From: an uncultured Clostridia bacterium
GTDB lineage: Bacteria > Aerophobota > Aerophobia > Aerophobales > AE-B3A
NCBI GenBank assembly: GCA_964543295.1
Contig: CAZIXA010000009.1
Span: forward strand, 6,025 to 70,024
Length of the DNA stretch: 64,000 bases
Reading direction: 5' to 3'
Below are positions 29,597 through 40,540 of this stretch, in pieces; the first letter of the stretch is position 1; every line of letters begins with the position of its first letter. The notes under the pieces are model-generated. The model was not told where the DNA came from. It did not search any database and saw only the letters and a list, made by a program, of their open reading frames with translations. The position numbers and the translations under genes were made by a program.

Positions 29597-30781
29597 CTAA
29601 CCTATTTCTGCCCTACCAGTTACAGGCTTTTTCTTGGCAGATGTCGTCTTAACCGTAACAACCTCATCGATATTATCAAAGACCCTGTGAAATGCTTCTA
29701 TATAGTATTTCATAAGCTCCAGGGGCTGAGGATAAATGGGGTAAGGTTCAGAGCAAATCACCAGAGAATCAGCTAATAGCTTCAACGTTTCTGGATAATC
29801 GTTTGGATCATAGCTTATCTTTTCTGCATACTGGCAGCTCCAGGGACAGCCTTTGCCATAGCCTCCCTTAAGCTGGAAGAGAGTCTGACCAGGAATCGGG
29901 ACAGTTTGCCAGAGGACAGCATCTACCCCCTCTGCCTGCAGGGCCTTCATCACTAGATCTCTGAACTTATCCGGTTCCATATCTAAACCCAACTCATCTG
30001 GATTTAGTCTGATTCTGTATTTATGATAAATATGGGTCCTATAATTCCATCCCATGGTGTAGGCATTGTATTTTCTTCCCTCCTCAGGTTTAAGGAACTC
30101 TCCAAACATCCTCACCATGTTTGCTTTACCCCTGTATTCTTCATTATTAGTAACAAAAAGGCCACCTTCTCCTCCCGGCATATTCTTGGTAGAATTTAAG
30201 CTAAAAGCTGCCATATCACTGAAATTGCCAGTCTTTTTATCATGATACAATGCTCCATGAGACTGAGCGGCATCCTCTATCACAACGAGATGGTGCTTTT
30301 TGGCAATCTCATTTATCTCGTCCATATCTGCCGGCAGGCCATGAATGTGAACAGGCATAATAGCCTTTGTCCTGGAGCCAATCTTTTCTTCTATCTTTTT
30401 TGGATCGACATTGAAGGTCTTAGGATCGATATCCACAAAAACAGGTATGGCATTATGATGGAGGACCGCCACTGCGGAAGCTAGAAATGAAAAGGCTGAG
30501 GTAATAACCTCATCCCCAGGTCCAAGGCCTGCTGCGGCCACCGCCATATGAAGGGCTGCTGTGCCACTATTTACAGCTATGCAGTATTTTGTCCCGATAT
30601 ATCTGGCAAAGTCTTCCTGGAGGCCTACCACCTCCGGAGCATAGGGACCCCACAGGATACCTCTATCTAAAACTCCCATCACCGCCTTCTTATCCTCCTG
30701 AGTAATTACTGGCCACCCTACCTTTAATTCCTCACGTACTGTCCTTTTTCCCCCAGCCATAGCTAAATCTCCCGTCATCAC
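29597..30781 (-). CDS. DegT/DnrJ/EryC1/StrS aminotransferase with an apparent in-frame internal deletion
   Basis: NSGTAALH, EDAAQSHG, FSLNSTKNM.GGEGG; GWNYRT joins directly to HIYH. Confidence 0.85.
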   Translation of the reverse strand: MMTGDLAMAGGKRTVREELKVGWPVITQEDKKAVMGVLDRGILWGPYAPEVVGLQEDFARYIGTKYCIAVNSGTAALHMAVAAAGLGPGDEVITSAFSFLASAVAVLHHNAIPVFVDIDPKTFNVDPKKIEEKIGSRTKAIMPVHIHGLPADMDEINEIAKKHHLVVIEDAAQSHGALYHDKKTGNFSDMAAFSLNSTKNMPGGEGGLFVTNNEEYRGKANMVRMFGEFLKPEEGRKYNAYTMGWNYRTHIYHKYRIRLNPDELGLDMEPDKFRDLVMKALQAEGVDAVLWQTVPIPGQTLFQLKGGYGKGCPWSCQYAEKISYDPNDYPETLKLLADSLVICSEPYPIYPQPLELMKYYIEAFHRVFDNIDEVVTVKTTSAKKKPVTGRAEIG

Positions 30782-30798
30782 AATACCTCCTCCCTATT

Positions 30799-30909
30799 TC
30801 AGAATTGTATGCCCTTTCTAGCTACGTACCTTACCCTGGGTACAAAGATATTTTTGAGAACAAGAATTGCTGCTCTCAGAGCTTCCGCATCGTCACCTAG
30901 GGTAGAAAT
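30799..30909 (-). pseudogene. ROK-family protein C-terminal remnant
   Basis: ISTLGDDAEALRAAILVLKNIF resembles the SxLGxDAxxxGAA ROK terminus. Confidence 0.5.
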
Positions 30910-31076
30910 TTATCGAACTTTATTCACAATATTTTTAAAGTTGTCCTGTCTCCTCTTAGTATGATAAGAAATTCCTTTAATCAATCAAGCCTTTCTTCAT
31001 AATTTTAAGAAAGTCGTAGCTTATTATGGCTAAAATTTAGGAGTGTCTCAGAAGGGAATAAACAACACTAAACCTC

Positions 31077-33323
31077 TTATGTCTGGATATGGTGAGATAG
31101 CGCCCTTCTCCATAGCTTCTCTAATTCATCTAGGCCGATATCTATGAGTTTTTTCCCTTTTACACCAATGATGAGTTTATCTCCCTCTACTTTTCCTAAT
31201 TTTACCAAGGGAGTTTTATTTTTATGAGCTAGATCCCTTATCTGGTTGAAATTTTCAGGACGGCAGGTGATGACAATGCGGGATTGAGTTTCACCAAAAA
31301 GTAAACCATCGGTCCTGAGGGACAATGGGAAAAAAGAGGGCAAGAGATCAATAATGGATCCAATTTTCTGATCAGAGTTCAAGATACAGCACTCAGCCAG
31401 AGTCACTGCCAAACCACCTTCAGAGCAATCATGAGCGGAGCTTATTAAACCTACCTTGATCGCCTCAAGGCAAGTTCTTTGAACTGCTTTTTCTCTATCC
31501 AGATTGATTCGGGGTGAATCCCCCATCCTTAAGCCATGAATGAGTTTAAGATATTCACTTCCCCCCAGATCATCCTCGCACTCTCCCAAAAGGATGACTA
31601 AATCTCCTTCTCTTTTAAAATCCGGGCTGCGGTAGCGGTCCACATCCTCAAGCAAACCCAGCATCCCTACCACGGGGGTTGGATCAATGGCTCCTTTGGG
31701 ATTCTCATTGTAGAAACTAACATTACCCCCCGTCACCGGGGTGCCAAGCCTGCGGCAAGACTCAGCCATTCCTTCCACGCATCTTTTAAACTGCCAAAAA
31801 ATCTCTGGCTTAGTAGGACTACCAAAATTAAGGCAATTGGTGATAGCCAGGGGCTCAGCCCCAGAGCAAACCACATTTCTGGCTGCTTCTGCTACAGCAA
31901 TCTTTCCCCCCTCATAGGGATTAAGATAACAGTAAGTACCGTTGCCATCAAAGGTTAAGGCGATGGCCTTTTTCGTTCCTTTGATTCTTATAAGGACACA
32001 ATCACTACCGGGAAGAAGAACGGTGTTGGTTCTCACCATATGGTCGTACTGTTGATAAACCCATTCTTTGGAGGAGATGGTGGGCGATCCGAGGAGTTTT
32101 TTCAAAACATCATTACAGTCCGGGGATTGGGGAAGCTCTGAAATTTTAAAACTCCTGGTCCGGGATAAATACTCTGGTCTTTTCTCCTTTCTGGCATAGA
32201 CCGGTGCCTCTTTAACCAGAGCCCTGGCGGGAATCTGAGCCACTATCTTATCCTTATTGAGCACCCGCAAAAGACCATCAACAGTTACCTTACCGATATT
32301 CACAGCATGAAGATCCCACTTTCCTAAAATCTTCTTGGCCAGCTTCTCCTTTTCGCGTCTAATAATGAGAACCATCCGCTCCTGTGATTCAGACAACATT
32401 ACCTCATAGGACATCATTCCCGTCTCCCTTTTGGGCACAAGAGAGATATCTATCTCAATGCCAGAACCTCCTCTGGAGGCCATCTCGGAGCTCGAGGAGG
32501 TAAGCCCAGCTGCTCCCATATCCTGCATAGCCACCACTGCCCCGGTGTTCAAAAGCTCCAGGCAAGCTTCAACGAGTAACTTTTCCCGGAAGGGATCCCC
32601 TATCTGAACCGCAGGTCTATCTCTATCTGATTCCTCGGTCAGTTCTCGGGAGGCAAAGCTGGCCCCTCCCAGGCCATCCCGACCGGTGTCTGCGCCTACG
32701 TAAAGAACAGGATTTCCCACCCCGGTTGCCCTAGCCTTAACGAGGTCATCTTTTCTGGCTACCCCCACACACATCACGTTCACCACGGGATTGCCCTCAT
32801 AAGTCTCATCGAAATAGACCTCCCCTCCCACTGTGGGAATGCCAATGCAATTGCCGTAAGCAGCAATTCCACCTACTACACCACTAAATAAATAACGGTT
32901 GCGGCCATTCTCTAAATGACCAAAACGGAGGGAATCAAGAAGGGCAACAGGGCGGGCACCCATGGTAAAAATATCTCTGATGATGCCTCCCACACCGGTA
33001 GCTGCACCTTGAAAGGGCTCTACTGCCGAGGGATGATTGTGGGATTCTGCCTTCATTACCACGGCTAGTCCATCACCGATATCGATAACTCCAGCATTTT
33101 CTTCCCCTGCCTTGACTAAAATGTTCTCACCCGAGGTCGGAAAGAGTTTCAAAACCGGTTTTGAACTCTTGTAACTACAATGCTCACTCCACATTACCGA
33201 AAAGATGCCGAGTTCCGTAAAATTTGGCTCACGAGAAAGAATTCCCTTGATCTTCTCGTATTCCTCCTCGGTTAGCCCATGAGCTTTTACCAGCTCCAGA
33301 GTTATTTTTTCAGGTTCTTTCAA
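31077..33323 (-). CDS. purL: phosphoribosylformylglycinamidine synthase subunit PurL
   Basis: [41 protein letters not shown]. Confidence 0.98.
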   Translation of the reverse strand: MKEPEKITLELVKAHGLTEEEYEKIKGILSREPNFTELGIFSVMWSEHCSYKSSKPVLKLFPTSGENILVKAGEENAGVIDIGDGLAVVMKAESHNHPSAVEPFQGAATGVGGIIRDIFTMGARPVALLDSLRFGHLENGRNRYLFSGVVGGIAAYGNCIGIPTVGGEVYFDETYEGNPVVNVMCVGVARKDDLVKARATGVGNPVLYVGADTGRDGLGGASFASRELTEESDRDRPAVQIGDPFREKLLVEACLELLNTGAVVAMQDMGAAGLTSSSSEMASRGGSGIEIDISLVPKRETGMMSYEVMLSESQERMVLIIRREKEKLAKKILGKWDLHAVNIGKVTVDGLLRVLNKDKIVAQIPARALVKEAPVYARKEKRPEYLSRTRSFKISELPQSPDCNDVLKKLLGSPTISSKEWVYQQYDHMVRTNTVLLPGSDCVLIRIKGTKKAIALTFDGNGTYCYLNPYEGGKIAVAEAARNVVCSGAEPLAITNCLNFGSPTKPEIFWQFKRCVEGMAESCRRLGTPVTGGNVSFYNENPKGAIDPTPVVGMLGLLEDVDRYRSPDFKREGDLVILLGECEDDLGGSEYLKLIHGLRMGDSPRINLDREKAVQRTCLEAIKVGLISSAHDCSEGGLAVTLAECCILNSDQKIGSIIDLLPSFFPLSLRTDGLLFGETQSRIVITCRPENFNQIRDLAHKNKTPLVKLGKVEGDKLIIGVKGKKLIDIGLDELEKLWRRALSHHIQT

Positions 33324-34031
33324 TTACACACCTCTAATTTCGCAGGACTCCACATAATCGGCAATTTTCTCTTTCATTTCCTCCAGTTTGTCTTTAGAAT
33401 ACGGCTCTATCTTTTCATATTGCTTATCGAGAGTCATCTTGGGCGCAAACTGCTGTAAGACATATTTTCTGGCACCTTCAAGGCCTCTGGCAATGGAGAT
33501 GACATCTTCCTGGTCAACAAGTCCTGGAACAACGGTAGTTCTCAATTCATAATCAATATTTGAGCTTAACAAGATTTTCAGACTTTCCTTCACGGCCACA
33601 AACAGTGGCTCATCAACAATTCCCGCTGCCTTCCTATATTTTTCCCACTCAAAGGGTGCCTTGATATCCAGAGCAAGATAGTCTACCAGACTTCTTTCCA
33701 CCAAACCCCTCAACATCCCAGGATTGGTACCATTGGTCTCAATTTCTACTAAAAAACTTTCTTTTTTGATCTTGCTCACAAAACTAGGAAGATCTTTCTC
33801 CAGCATCGGTTCTCCCCCGGTAACCGCCAGACCATCCAGCCATTTTCTTTTAGATAAGAGATGGTCTATGACCTCTTTTTCGCTGATAGAAGGAAGGCTC
33901 TGAGAATTAAGTACCAGATCTGGATTCTGACAAAATGGGCATCTAAAATTGCAACTTCCTATAAATGCCACGGAGACGATTTTGCCCGGATATTCTATCA
34001 AAGAAGTCTTAATAAAACCCTTAAACTCCAT
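33324..34031 (-). CDS. nrdG: anaerobic ribonucleotide reductase activase (radical SAM)
   Basis: CNFRCPFCQN, TGGEP, ETNG, RTTVVP; adjacent to nrdD. Confidence 0.93.
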   Translation of the reverse strand: MEFKGFIKTSLIEYPGKIVSVAFIGSCNFRCPFCQNPDLVLNSQSLPSISEKEVIDHLLSKRKWLDGLAVTGGEPMLEKDLPSFVSKIKKESFLVEIETNGTNPGMLRGLVERSLVDYLALDIKAPFEWEKYRKAAGIVDEPLFVAVKESLKILLSSNIDYELRTTVVPGLVDQEDVISIARGLEGARKYVLQQFAPKMTLDKQYEKIEPYSKDKLEEMKEKIADYVESCEIRGV

Positions 34032-34186
34032 CTAAAATCTCAATTCAGATCAGTCTTATCATATTTCGCTGCAAATTTTTTTCTGTTATTTCATCAAGTT
34101 TTTCTTTTTGATTTATCTCTGGGCACTCTGCGATCTTTGCGGTGGAAGGTTACGACTTGTCACAAGAAAAGTTCATCTGTGAAAAT

Positions 34187-36304
34187 TTAGTCCAATCTTG
34201 TGGCTCCTACAGCAAGCTCCTTTTCTAAGGCTATCTTTTCTTTATATTCCAGTCTCTGCCTGAATTCTTCCTGTTTACCCTCATTCCAGTTCCTCACGGG
34301 TCTAAAGTATCCTACCACCCGGCTGTAGACTTCCGTTTCTTTTCCACAGGTTGGACAACGAAAATGTTCCCCCACCAGATACCCATGGTCAGAGCAGATA
34401 GAATAAGTCGGCGTTATGGTAATATAGGGAAGTCTACTATTGTAGGCTATCTTTTTAAGTAATTTTTTCGCCGACTCTCCCGAGGACATCCTTTCCCCTA
34501 AGAACACATGGAATACAGTTCCTCCAGTATATAAAGTTTGCAGCTCCTCCTGATGTTCTAAAGCTTCCATTACGTCCTCGGTCTTATTCACCGGAAGAAG
34601 AGTAGAATTGGTATAGTAAGGAACTCCCTTGCCAGCAGTGATAATATCAGGATATTTTCTCTTATCAATTCTGGGTAGACGATAGGAAACTCCTTCCGCC
34701 GGCACCGCCTCTAGATTATAAATATGGCCTGTCTCTTCCTGAAAATCAGAAAGTTTCGCCTTCATAAATTTTAAGGTTTCTACAGCGAAACTTTTGCCTT
34801 CCTCAGAAGCTATATCTTTTCCCAACAGGTTTAAACAAGCCTCATTCATACCAACCGGACCAATGGTGGAGAAGTGATTTTTTAAGGTCCCTAAGTATCT
34901 TTTAGTATATGGCAAAAGGCCCCCTTTCATATTCTTTTCCACTATTTCTCTTTTCGTTTCCAGAGAAATCTTAGCCAGACCCATCAAGTATTCTAATCTT
35001 TCGAAAAATTCATCTTTATTTTTGGAGAGATAGGCAATTCTCGGTATGTTGATAGTAACAACGCCTACACTCCCTGTGGAGTCACCTGAGCCAAAAAGTC
35101 CTCCCGTGATATTTCTATCTAATTGTCTTAAGTTTAGGCGAAGCCGACAACACATCGATCTTATATCGCTGGGATTGAGGTCACTGTTGATAAAATTCGA
35201 AAAATAACCGAGGCCGTACTTCGCCGTCATCTCAAAAAGTAGTCTTGCGTTCTCCGCTTCCCAGTCAAAATCTCGGGTTAGGTTGTAGGTGGGAATAGGA
35301 AAGGTAAAAGGCCTCCCCTTCATATCCCCTTCCGTTAAAACTTCAATGAAGGCTTTATTGATTAGGTTCATCTCCTTTTGATAATCATCATAGGTTTCCT
35401 CCAGCAGCTTCCCTCCCCAGACAATCGGCTTACGGGCAAGGTCTCTGGGAACAGTCCAGTCAAAAGTTAAATTTACAAAGGGACTTTGGCCACCCCATCT
35501 AGAAGCTATATTCACATTGAAAACGAATTTCTGAATAGCCTGCTTAATCTCTCTATAACTTAATTTATCTTTTCTTATAAAAGGTGCCAGATAAGTATCT
35601 ATGGAATTAAATGCCTGGGCTCCTGCCCATTCGTTTTGCAGGGTACCAATGAAATTCACCATTTGAAGAAGTGCGGTATCCAGATGCTTTGCTGGCTTAG
35701 ATTCTATTATTCCGGGAACACCATTAAATCCTTCGTAAAGTAGTTTGCTTAAGGACCATCCTGCACAATAGCCGGTGATGCCAAAATATAAATCATGCAG
35801 GTGAATGTCGCCATTACGGTGAGCATCCGCTATCTCCATAGAATAAATCCTATCCAGGGTATAATCAGTAACCACCGAGCCGGCTACATGGAGCATAAGC
35901 CCGGACATAGAGTATCCTATGTTACTATTTTCCCTCACTCGCCAATCTATCTGAGAAAGATAATCACTCACTATCTTTTCTACCTCTAGAAAAGTAGTTT
36001 TAATTTTTCTCAGACTCTCGTGCTGTTTTCGATAAAGGATATAGGCTTTGGCTGTCCGGGCGTGTCCTTCTTCAATTAAAACTTTTTCTACCAGATCCTG
36101 AACATCTTCCACGCCGGGAATCTCCCGGGGGAATTTTTCCTCCAGCAGAGCCACTACCCGATTGGATAACCTCTGGGCCAATCTCCTGTCCCTTCCCCCT
36201 ACCGCCTGAGCAGCAGCCCAAATAGCCTTGGTAATTTTTTCCTTATCAAAATCAACTACTCTTCCGTCTCTTTTACGAATTTGGGCAATTTTTATAGATG
36301 TCAT
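34187..36304 (-). CDS. nrdD: class III ribonucleoside-triphosphate reductase with ATP cone
   Basis: KRDGRVVDFD..KI ATP cone, SMCCRL, glycyl motif YSRVVGY. Confidence 0.96.
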   Translation of the reverse strand: MTSIKIAQIRKRDGRVVDFDKEKITKAIWAAAQAVGGRDRRLAQRLSNRVVALLEEKFPREIPGVEDVQDLVEKVLIEEGHARTAKAYILYRKQHESLRKIKTTFLEVEKIVSDYLSQIDWRVRENSNIGYSMSGLMLHVAGSVVTDYTLDRIYSMEIADAHRNGDIHLHDLYFGITGYCAGWSLSKLLYEGFNGVPGIIESKPAKHLDTALLQMVNFIGTLQNEWAGAQAFNSIDTYLAPFIRKDKLSYREIKQAIQKFVFNVNIASRWGGQSPFVNLTFDWTVPRDLARKPIVWGGKLLEETYDDYQKEMNLINKAFIEVLTEGDMKGRPFTFPIPTYNLTRDFDWEAENARLLFEMTAKYGLGYFSNFINSDLNPSDIRSMCCRLRLNLRQLDRNITGGLFGSGDSTGSVGVVTINIPRIAYLSKNKDEFFERLEYLMGLAKISLETKREIVEKNMKGGLLPYTKRYLGTLKNHFSTIGPVGMNEACLNLLGKDIASEEGKSFAVETLKFMKAKLSDFQEETGHIYNLEAVPAEGVSYRLPRIDKRKYPDIITAGKGVPYYTNSTLLPVNKTEDVMEALEHQEELQTLYTGGTVFHVFLGERMSSGESAKKLLKKIAYNSRLPYITITPTYSICSDHGYLVGEHFRCPTCGKETEVYSRVVGYFRPVRNWNEGKQEEFRQRLEYKEKIALEKELAVGATRLD

Positions 36305-36316
36305 CTCTCATTCTCC

Positions 36317-37018
36317 TTATTCAAATTTTCCTTCCATACTTTTTATCACTGACTCAAAAATGAGTCTACCATCCTCTGAACCAAGAATGGACTCAGATGC
36401 TCTTTCAGGATGGGGCATCATACCCATAATATTGCCGTCTTTATTGCAGATACCAGCTATAGCCTCCTTTGATCCATTAGGATTGGACTCCTCAGAGACA
36501 GTTCCATCCTCACTGCAATATCTAAAAATAATTTGATTATTTTTCCTCAATTCCTGGAGGGTCTCATCATCCGCATAGTAATTTCCTTCAATATGAGCAA
36601 TAGGGATCTTAAGAACCTGTCCTCTACGACATAGGTTGGTGTAAGGGGTTTGGGGGTTCTCTACCCGAATATGGATAAATTTACAGACAAACTGAAGATT
36701 CTTATTCCTGATCACGGCCCCGGGTAATAGACCCGCCTCAAGCAGAATCTGGAATCCGTTACATATCCCTATCACCAACCCTCCTTCTCGGGCATAAGCT
36801 TCCACCAAACTCATCACTGGAGAAAACCTGGCTATAGCTCCGGTACGAAGATAATCCCCATAGGAAAAGCCCCCGGGAAGAATAACACAGTCATAACCAG
36901 CCAGATTTTTTTCTTTATGCCAGACAAAATCAACCTCTTTCCCCAATAGGTGCTTAACCACCCAGTAGCAGTCATAGTCACAGTTTGAGCCAGGAAAAAC
37001 AACTACTCCAAACCTCAT
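36317..37018 (-). CDS. purQ: FGAM synthase glutaminase subunit
   Basis: [30 protein letters not shown]. Confidence 0.97.
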   Translation of the reverse strand: MRFGVVVFPGSNCDYDCYWVVKHLLGKEVDFVWHKEKNLAGYDCVILPGGFSYGDYLRTGAIARFSPVMSLVEAYAREGGLVIGICNGFQILLEAGLLPGAVIRNKNLQFVCKFIHIRVENPQTPYTNLCRRGQVLKIPIAHIEGNYYADDETLQELRKNNQIIFRYCSEDGTVSEESNPNGSKEAIAGICNKDGNIMGMMPHPERASESILGSEDGRLIFESVIKSMEGKFE

Positions 37019-37272
37019 TTTCCACACTTCTCCTCAATTTCATACCTATAATCCTCAATAACCGGATTGGCTAAAAGTTTAGCACACATCTGCTTTAAAT
37101 CACTTTCCGCTTTCTCTTTATCTTTAGTATTCAGCCTCATCTGAATGTATTTCCCCATGCGTACATTAGAAATGCCTTTATATCCCAGTGACTCCAGAGC
37201 TCCCTTTATAGTTATCCCCTGAGGATCAACTACTCCTTCTTTGAAAGTAATATATATCTTTGCTTCAAACAC
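37015..37272 (-). CDS. purS: FGAM synthase subunit PurS
   Basis: [14 protein letters not shown]. Confidence 0.95.
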   Translation of the reverse strand: MFEAKIYITFKEGVVDPQGITIKGALESLGYKGISNVRMGKYIQMRLNTKDKEKAESDLKQMCAKLLANPVIEDYRYEIEEKCGK

Positions 37273-37289
37273 CTCATTCCCCTATCTTT

Positions 37290-37350
37290 ACCCCGTTAGA
37301 AAGAAGGATCTGTCCACCCCCTCCGTTGAAGATGTTGTCTCTAACGGTGT
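37290..37350. repeat. short intergenic inverted-repeat element
   Basis: ACCCCGTTAGA ... TCTAACGGTGT between guaA and purS. Confidence 0.5.
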
Positions 37351-37357
37351 TTATCTC

Positions 37358-38911
37358 TTACTCCCATTCGATGGTGCTGGGAGGCTTAGAACTAATGTCG
37401 TAGACCACCCGGTTTACCCCTTTTACCTCATTAATGATACGGTGAGAAATCCTTTCCAAGAGATCATAAGGAACCCTGGCCCAATCAGCCGTCATCCCAT
37501 CCAGACTGGTGACGATTCGCAAAGCCACAGTATATTCGTAGGTGCGCTCATCCCCCATTACTCCCACACTTTTTATGGGTAGGAGTAAGGCAAATGACTG
37601 CCAGATTTCCGGGAACTTCTCATATTTTTGCATCTCCGCCGTAACTATTGCGTCAGCCTCACGGAGAATTTGGAGCCGCGGTCTGGTAACTTCTCCCATA
37701 ATCCTCACCGCAAGACCCGGGCCCGGGAAAGGCTGTCGATTCAAAATCTTTTCTGGCAACCCCAATTGCTTAGCCAGAATCCTCACCTCATCCTTAAATA
37801 GATCCTTTAAAGGTTCGAGAAGCTTAAAATGAAGATCACTGGGGAGACCTCCCACATTATGATGGCTTTTGATCGTAGCTGATGGCCCACCTTTTGCCGA
37901 GCGACTCTCAATCACATCTGGATATAGAGTGCCTTGAGCGAGAAACTCCACCTTACCCATTTTCCTGGCTTCCTCTCTAAAGACCCCAATAAATTCCTCA
38001 CCAATAACCTTTCTTTTTCTCTCCGGATCAGATATTCCAGCTAATTTGCTCAAGAACCTCTCCCCTGCCTCCACATAATGCAGGTTCAGGTGAAAGTGAC
38101 GAGTAAAGGTATTGATCACCTCCTCTACCTCCCCCTGACGGAGAAGACCATTGTTGACAAAAACACATCCCAATCTGTCTCCAATGGCCCTGTCCACCAA
38201 TACGGCCGTCACTGACGAATCCACCCCTCCACTTAAACCGCAGATAACTTTTTGGTTGCCCACCTTCTTTCTCATCCTCTCCAGCGAATAATCAATGAAG
38301 GAACTCATGGTCCACTGGGGGGAGCATTCGCATATCTTAAAGAGAAAATTCTGAATCATCTTTTTTCCCTGTGGAGTATGGGCAACCTCGGGATGGAATT
38401 GAACTCCATAGAATCTGCGTTTCTTGTCTCTCATACTAGCTACAGGGCAATTTTCGGTACGGGCAATTACCTCGAAGCCGGAAGGAAGTTTGGCTACTCG
38501 ATCCCCATGGCTCATCCAGGCAATCAGAGGAGACTTCAGTCCGTAGAATAGATCTTCATCCTCCCCTATGGTAAGCTCGCTTTTTCCATATTCCCTTTTC
38601 TTAGCCGAAGCAACCTCACCCCCTAAAAGCCAAGCCAGAAGCTGCATGCCATAGCAGATTCCTAAAACAGGGATTCCTAATTCAAGAATCTTTCGATGGG
38701 GAAAGGGAGCTCCTTTTTGGGCCACACTGGCCGGACCACCGGATAAGATGATACCCTTAGGATTTAGGCTGACCAATTCAGAAGGCGTTATATTAAAGGG
38801 AAAAAACTCACAGTAAACTTTGCTTTCCCTCACCCGGCGGGCAATAAGCTGATTGTACTGGGAGCCAAAATCAAGAATGGCTATCATCTCCCCAAAAAGT
38901 TTGTCAGACAT
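37358..38911 (-). CDS. guaA: GMP synthase (glutamine-hydrolysing)
   Basis: [34 protein letters not shown]. Confidence 0.98.
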   Translation of the reverse strand: MSDKLFGEMIAILDFGSQYNQLIARRVRESKVYCEFFPFNITPSELVSLNPKGIILSGGPASVAQKGAPFPHRKILELGIPVLGICYGMQLLAWLLGGEVASAKKREYGKSELTIGEDEDLFYGLKSPLIAWMSHGDRVAKLPSGFEVIARTENCPVASMRDKKRRFYGVQFHPEVAHTPQGKKMIQNFLFKICECSPQWTMSSFIDYSLERMRKKVGNQKVICGLSGGVDSSVTAVLVDRAIGDRLGCVFVNNGLLRQGEVEEVINTFTRHFHLNLHYVEAGERFLSKLAGISDPERKRKVIGEEFIGVFREEARKMGKVEFLAQGTLYPDVIESRSAKGGPSATIKSHHNVGGLPSDLHFKLLEPLKDLFKDEVRILAKQLGLPEKILNRQPFPGPGLAVRIMGEVTRPRLQILREADAIVTAEMQKYEKFPEIWQSFALLLPIKSVGVMGDERTYEYTVALRIVTSLDGMTADWARVPYDLLERISHRIINEVKGVNRVVYDISSKPPSTIEWE

Positions 38912-38925
38912 TAACCTACTCCCTG

Positions 38926-39086
38926 AATCATACAATCCCTAAAGGCCCCCCTCCAGGCAGGACCACTCCCTCGGAATTAAGAATCTTTCCGGCACTACTG
39001 GTAACCAGAGCTTCTTCTCCCACCTTTTGCAGAGCTTTCTCTACACTTCTCAAGTTTCCCATTCCATAATCAACGACGGCTATCAT
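38926..39086 (-). pseudogene. hisH: hisH 5' remnant
   Basis: MIAVVDYGMGNLRSVEKAL...VVLPG, then GAFRDCM after a frameshift; remainder missing. Confidence 0.85.
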
Positions 39087-39381
39087 TTTTGCCTTAAGGT
39101 GACAGCCCTATAGCTTAAACCACCATTTGCCAAAATCCTTTATTCATAAACCTTAAATGCGTCTCTTTCTTAGATTATTCTATCATATTTAAGGTTAGGA
39201 GGCAAGTAATTTTTGGTTTTAGGTCACTGATAAATTATTTGGTTAGTCTTCCTCATTTCCGACTTGCAAAGCTTTTATCAATTTTTAATGGAGAAAAGAT
39301 TGATGTTGACCCTTCGGTATGGTTTGATAAACTGGAAAAGAAACATAGCAGGAAAATACAGTAGAAGAACCGCCCAAATTC

Positions 39382-39507
39382 ATCCAACACGAGCTTTGTG
39401 ACTTGGGTATACTTTGCTCAAATCGTCTTCGGCGGCTTCGCCGCTTGGCCTTCGGCACAGCCCTTGCTTCGCTCGGGCCGTCGCAAACCGTGGAACCGTT
39501 ATCAGAA
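39382..39507 (+). other. attC-like recombination site
   Basis: GC-rich branched palindrome ending in GTTATCAGAA, whose exact complement TTCTGATAAC lies 3 bp after the next gene's stop. Confidence 0.6.
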
Positions 39508-39524
39508 ATTTTTGAGTTTAAGAT

Positions 39525-40232
39525 ATGAGGGTCCAAAAAATGGAAGTACTCAATGATATAGCTTTTCAATTAGATAAGGATACACTTTTAGCAAGGTTAC
39601 ACACAGATAAAGAAAGCGAAGACGCAAAAGATATTCAACATCTCGTCGACCACGTTGCTCCTTTAATCAAGCCCAAAGCTGTCTATGAAGTTTCCTATAT
39701 TCAATACAAGGGCTGCGACACGGTGAATATTGGAGGAGTAACATTTACCAGCCGTGTTCTTCGGGTTAATTTAGACAAAGTAGAAAGGGTTTTTCCCTAT
39801 ATTGCTACATGTGGAAGAGAATTAGAGAAAATAGTAGCTGCCACCGATGATTTTATGAGACGATTTTGGCTAGATACAGTCAAAGATATAGCTTTAGAGG
39901 CTAGTGGAAAATATCTTAGTAATTATTTAAAAAGAAGATATGCACTGGGACAAATGTCCTCAATGAGTCCCGGAGCAGGGTCCCAGGATCTATGGCCCAT
40001 AGAACAGCAAAAACAATTGTTTTCAATTTTCGGTAATGTAGAAGATTTGATTGGAGTTAGGCTGACCGATAGTTTTTTAATGATTCCCAATAAATCTCTC
40101 TCTGGAATATATTTCCCCACAGAAATTAAGTTTGAAAGTTGTCAGTTATGCCCAAGGAAGGGATGTCCCTCAAGAAGAGCGCCTTACGACAAAAATTTAT
40201 TAGAAGCAAAATATTATAAAGGGTTAAATTGA
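39525..40232 (+). CDS. vitamin B12-dependent methionine synthase activation domain-like protein
   Basis: YIATCG, MSPG, WPIEQQ, IGVRLTDSFLMIPNKSLSG, CQLC...CPSRRA. Confidence 0.8.
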   Translation: MRVQKMEVLNDIAFQLDKDTLLARLHTDKESEDAKDIQHLVDHVAPLIKPKAVYEVSYIQYKGCDTVNIGGVTFTSRVLRVNLDKVERVFPYIATCGRELEKIVAATDDFMRRFWLDTVKDIALEASGKYLSNYLKRRYALGQMSSMSPGAGSQDLWPIEQQKQLFSIFGNVEDLIGVRLTDSFLMIPNKSLSGIYFPTEIKFESCQLCPRKGCPSRRAPYDKNLLEAKYYKGLN

Positions 40233-40540
40233 AACTTCTGATAACATAAAATAAAAAGGGAATTACTGCTAAATTATTTTGAGTATGATTCTGAATTTCT
40301 CTTTATGCCAATCTTCTAAATTCTCTATTTTTTTTCCACATTTTCACCTCCCGTAAATTTATAATTTTTCTAGAATTTCATACTGGTTTAATGACACGCA
40401 CTTAAAATTGAGATTTTTGAGATGCGAATCTCCATAATGCAGAATTATAAAGGACTAGAAGGATTTTGCAAAAACGGTTCCGAAATCTTGGAAAGCCATG
40501 AATAGGAGAAACAATCCTGACGATGCCCAAAAGCAAGTAA

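Noticed and set aside
39285-39569. 94-aa minus-strand ORF
   Set aside because: It reads through the GC-rich attC-like palindrome; no RBS or family motif
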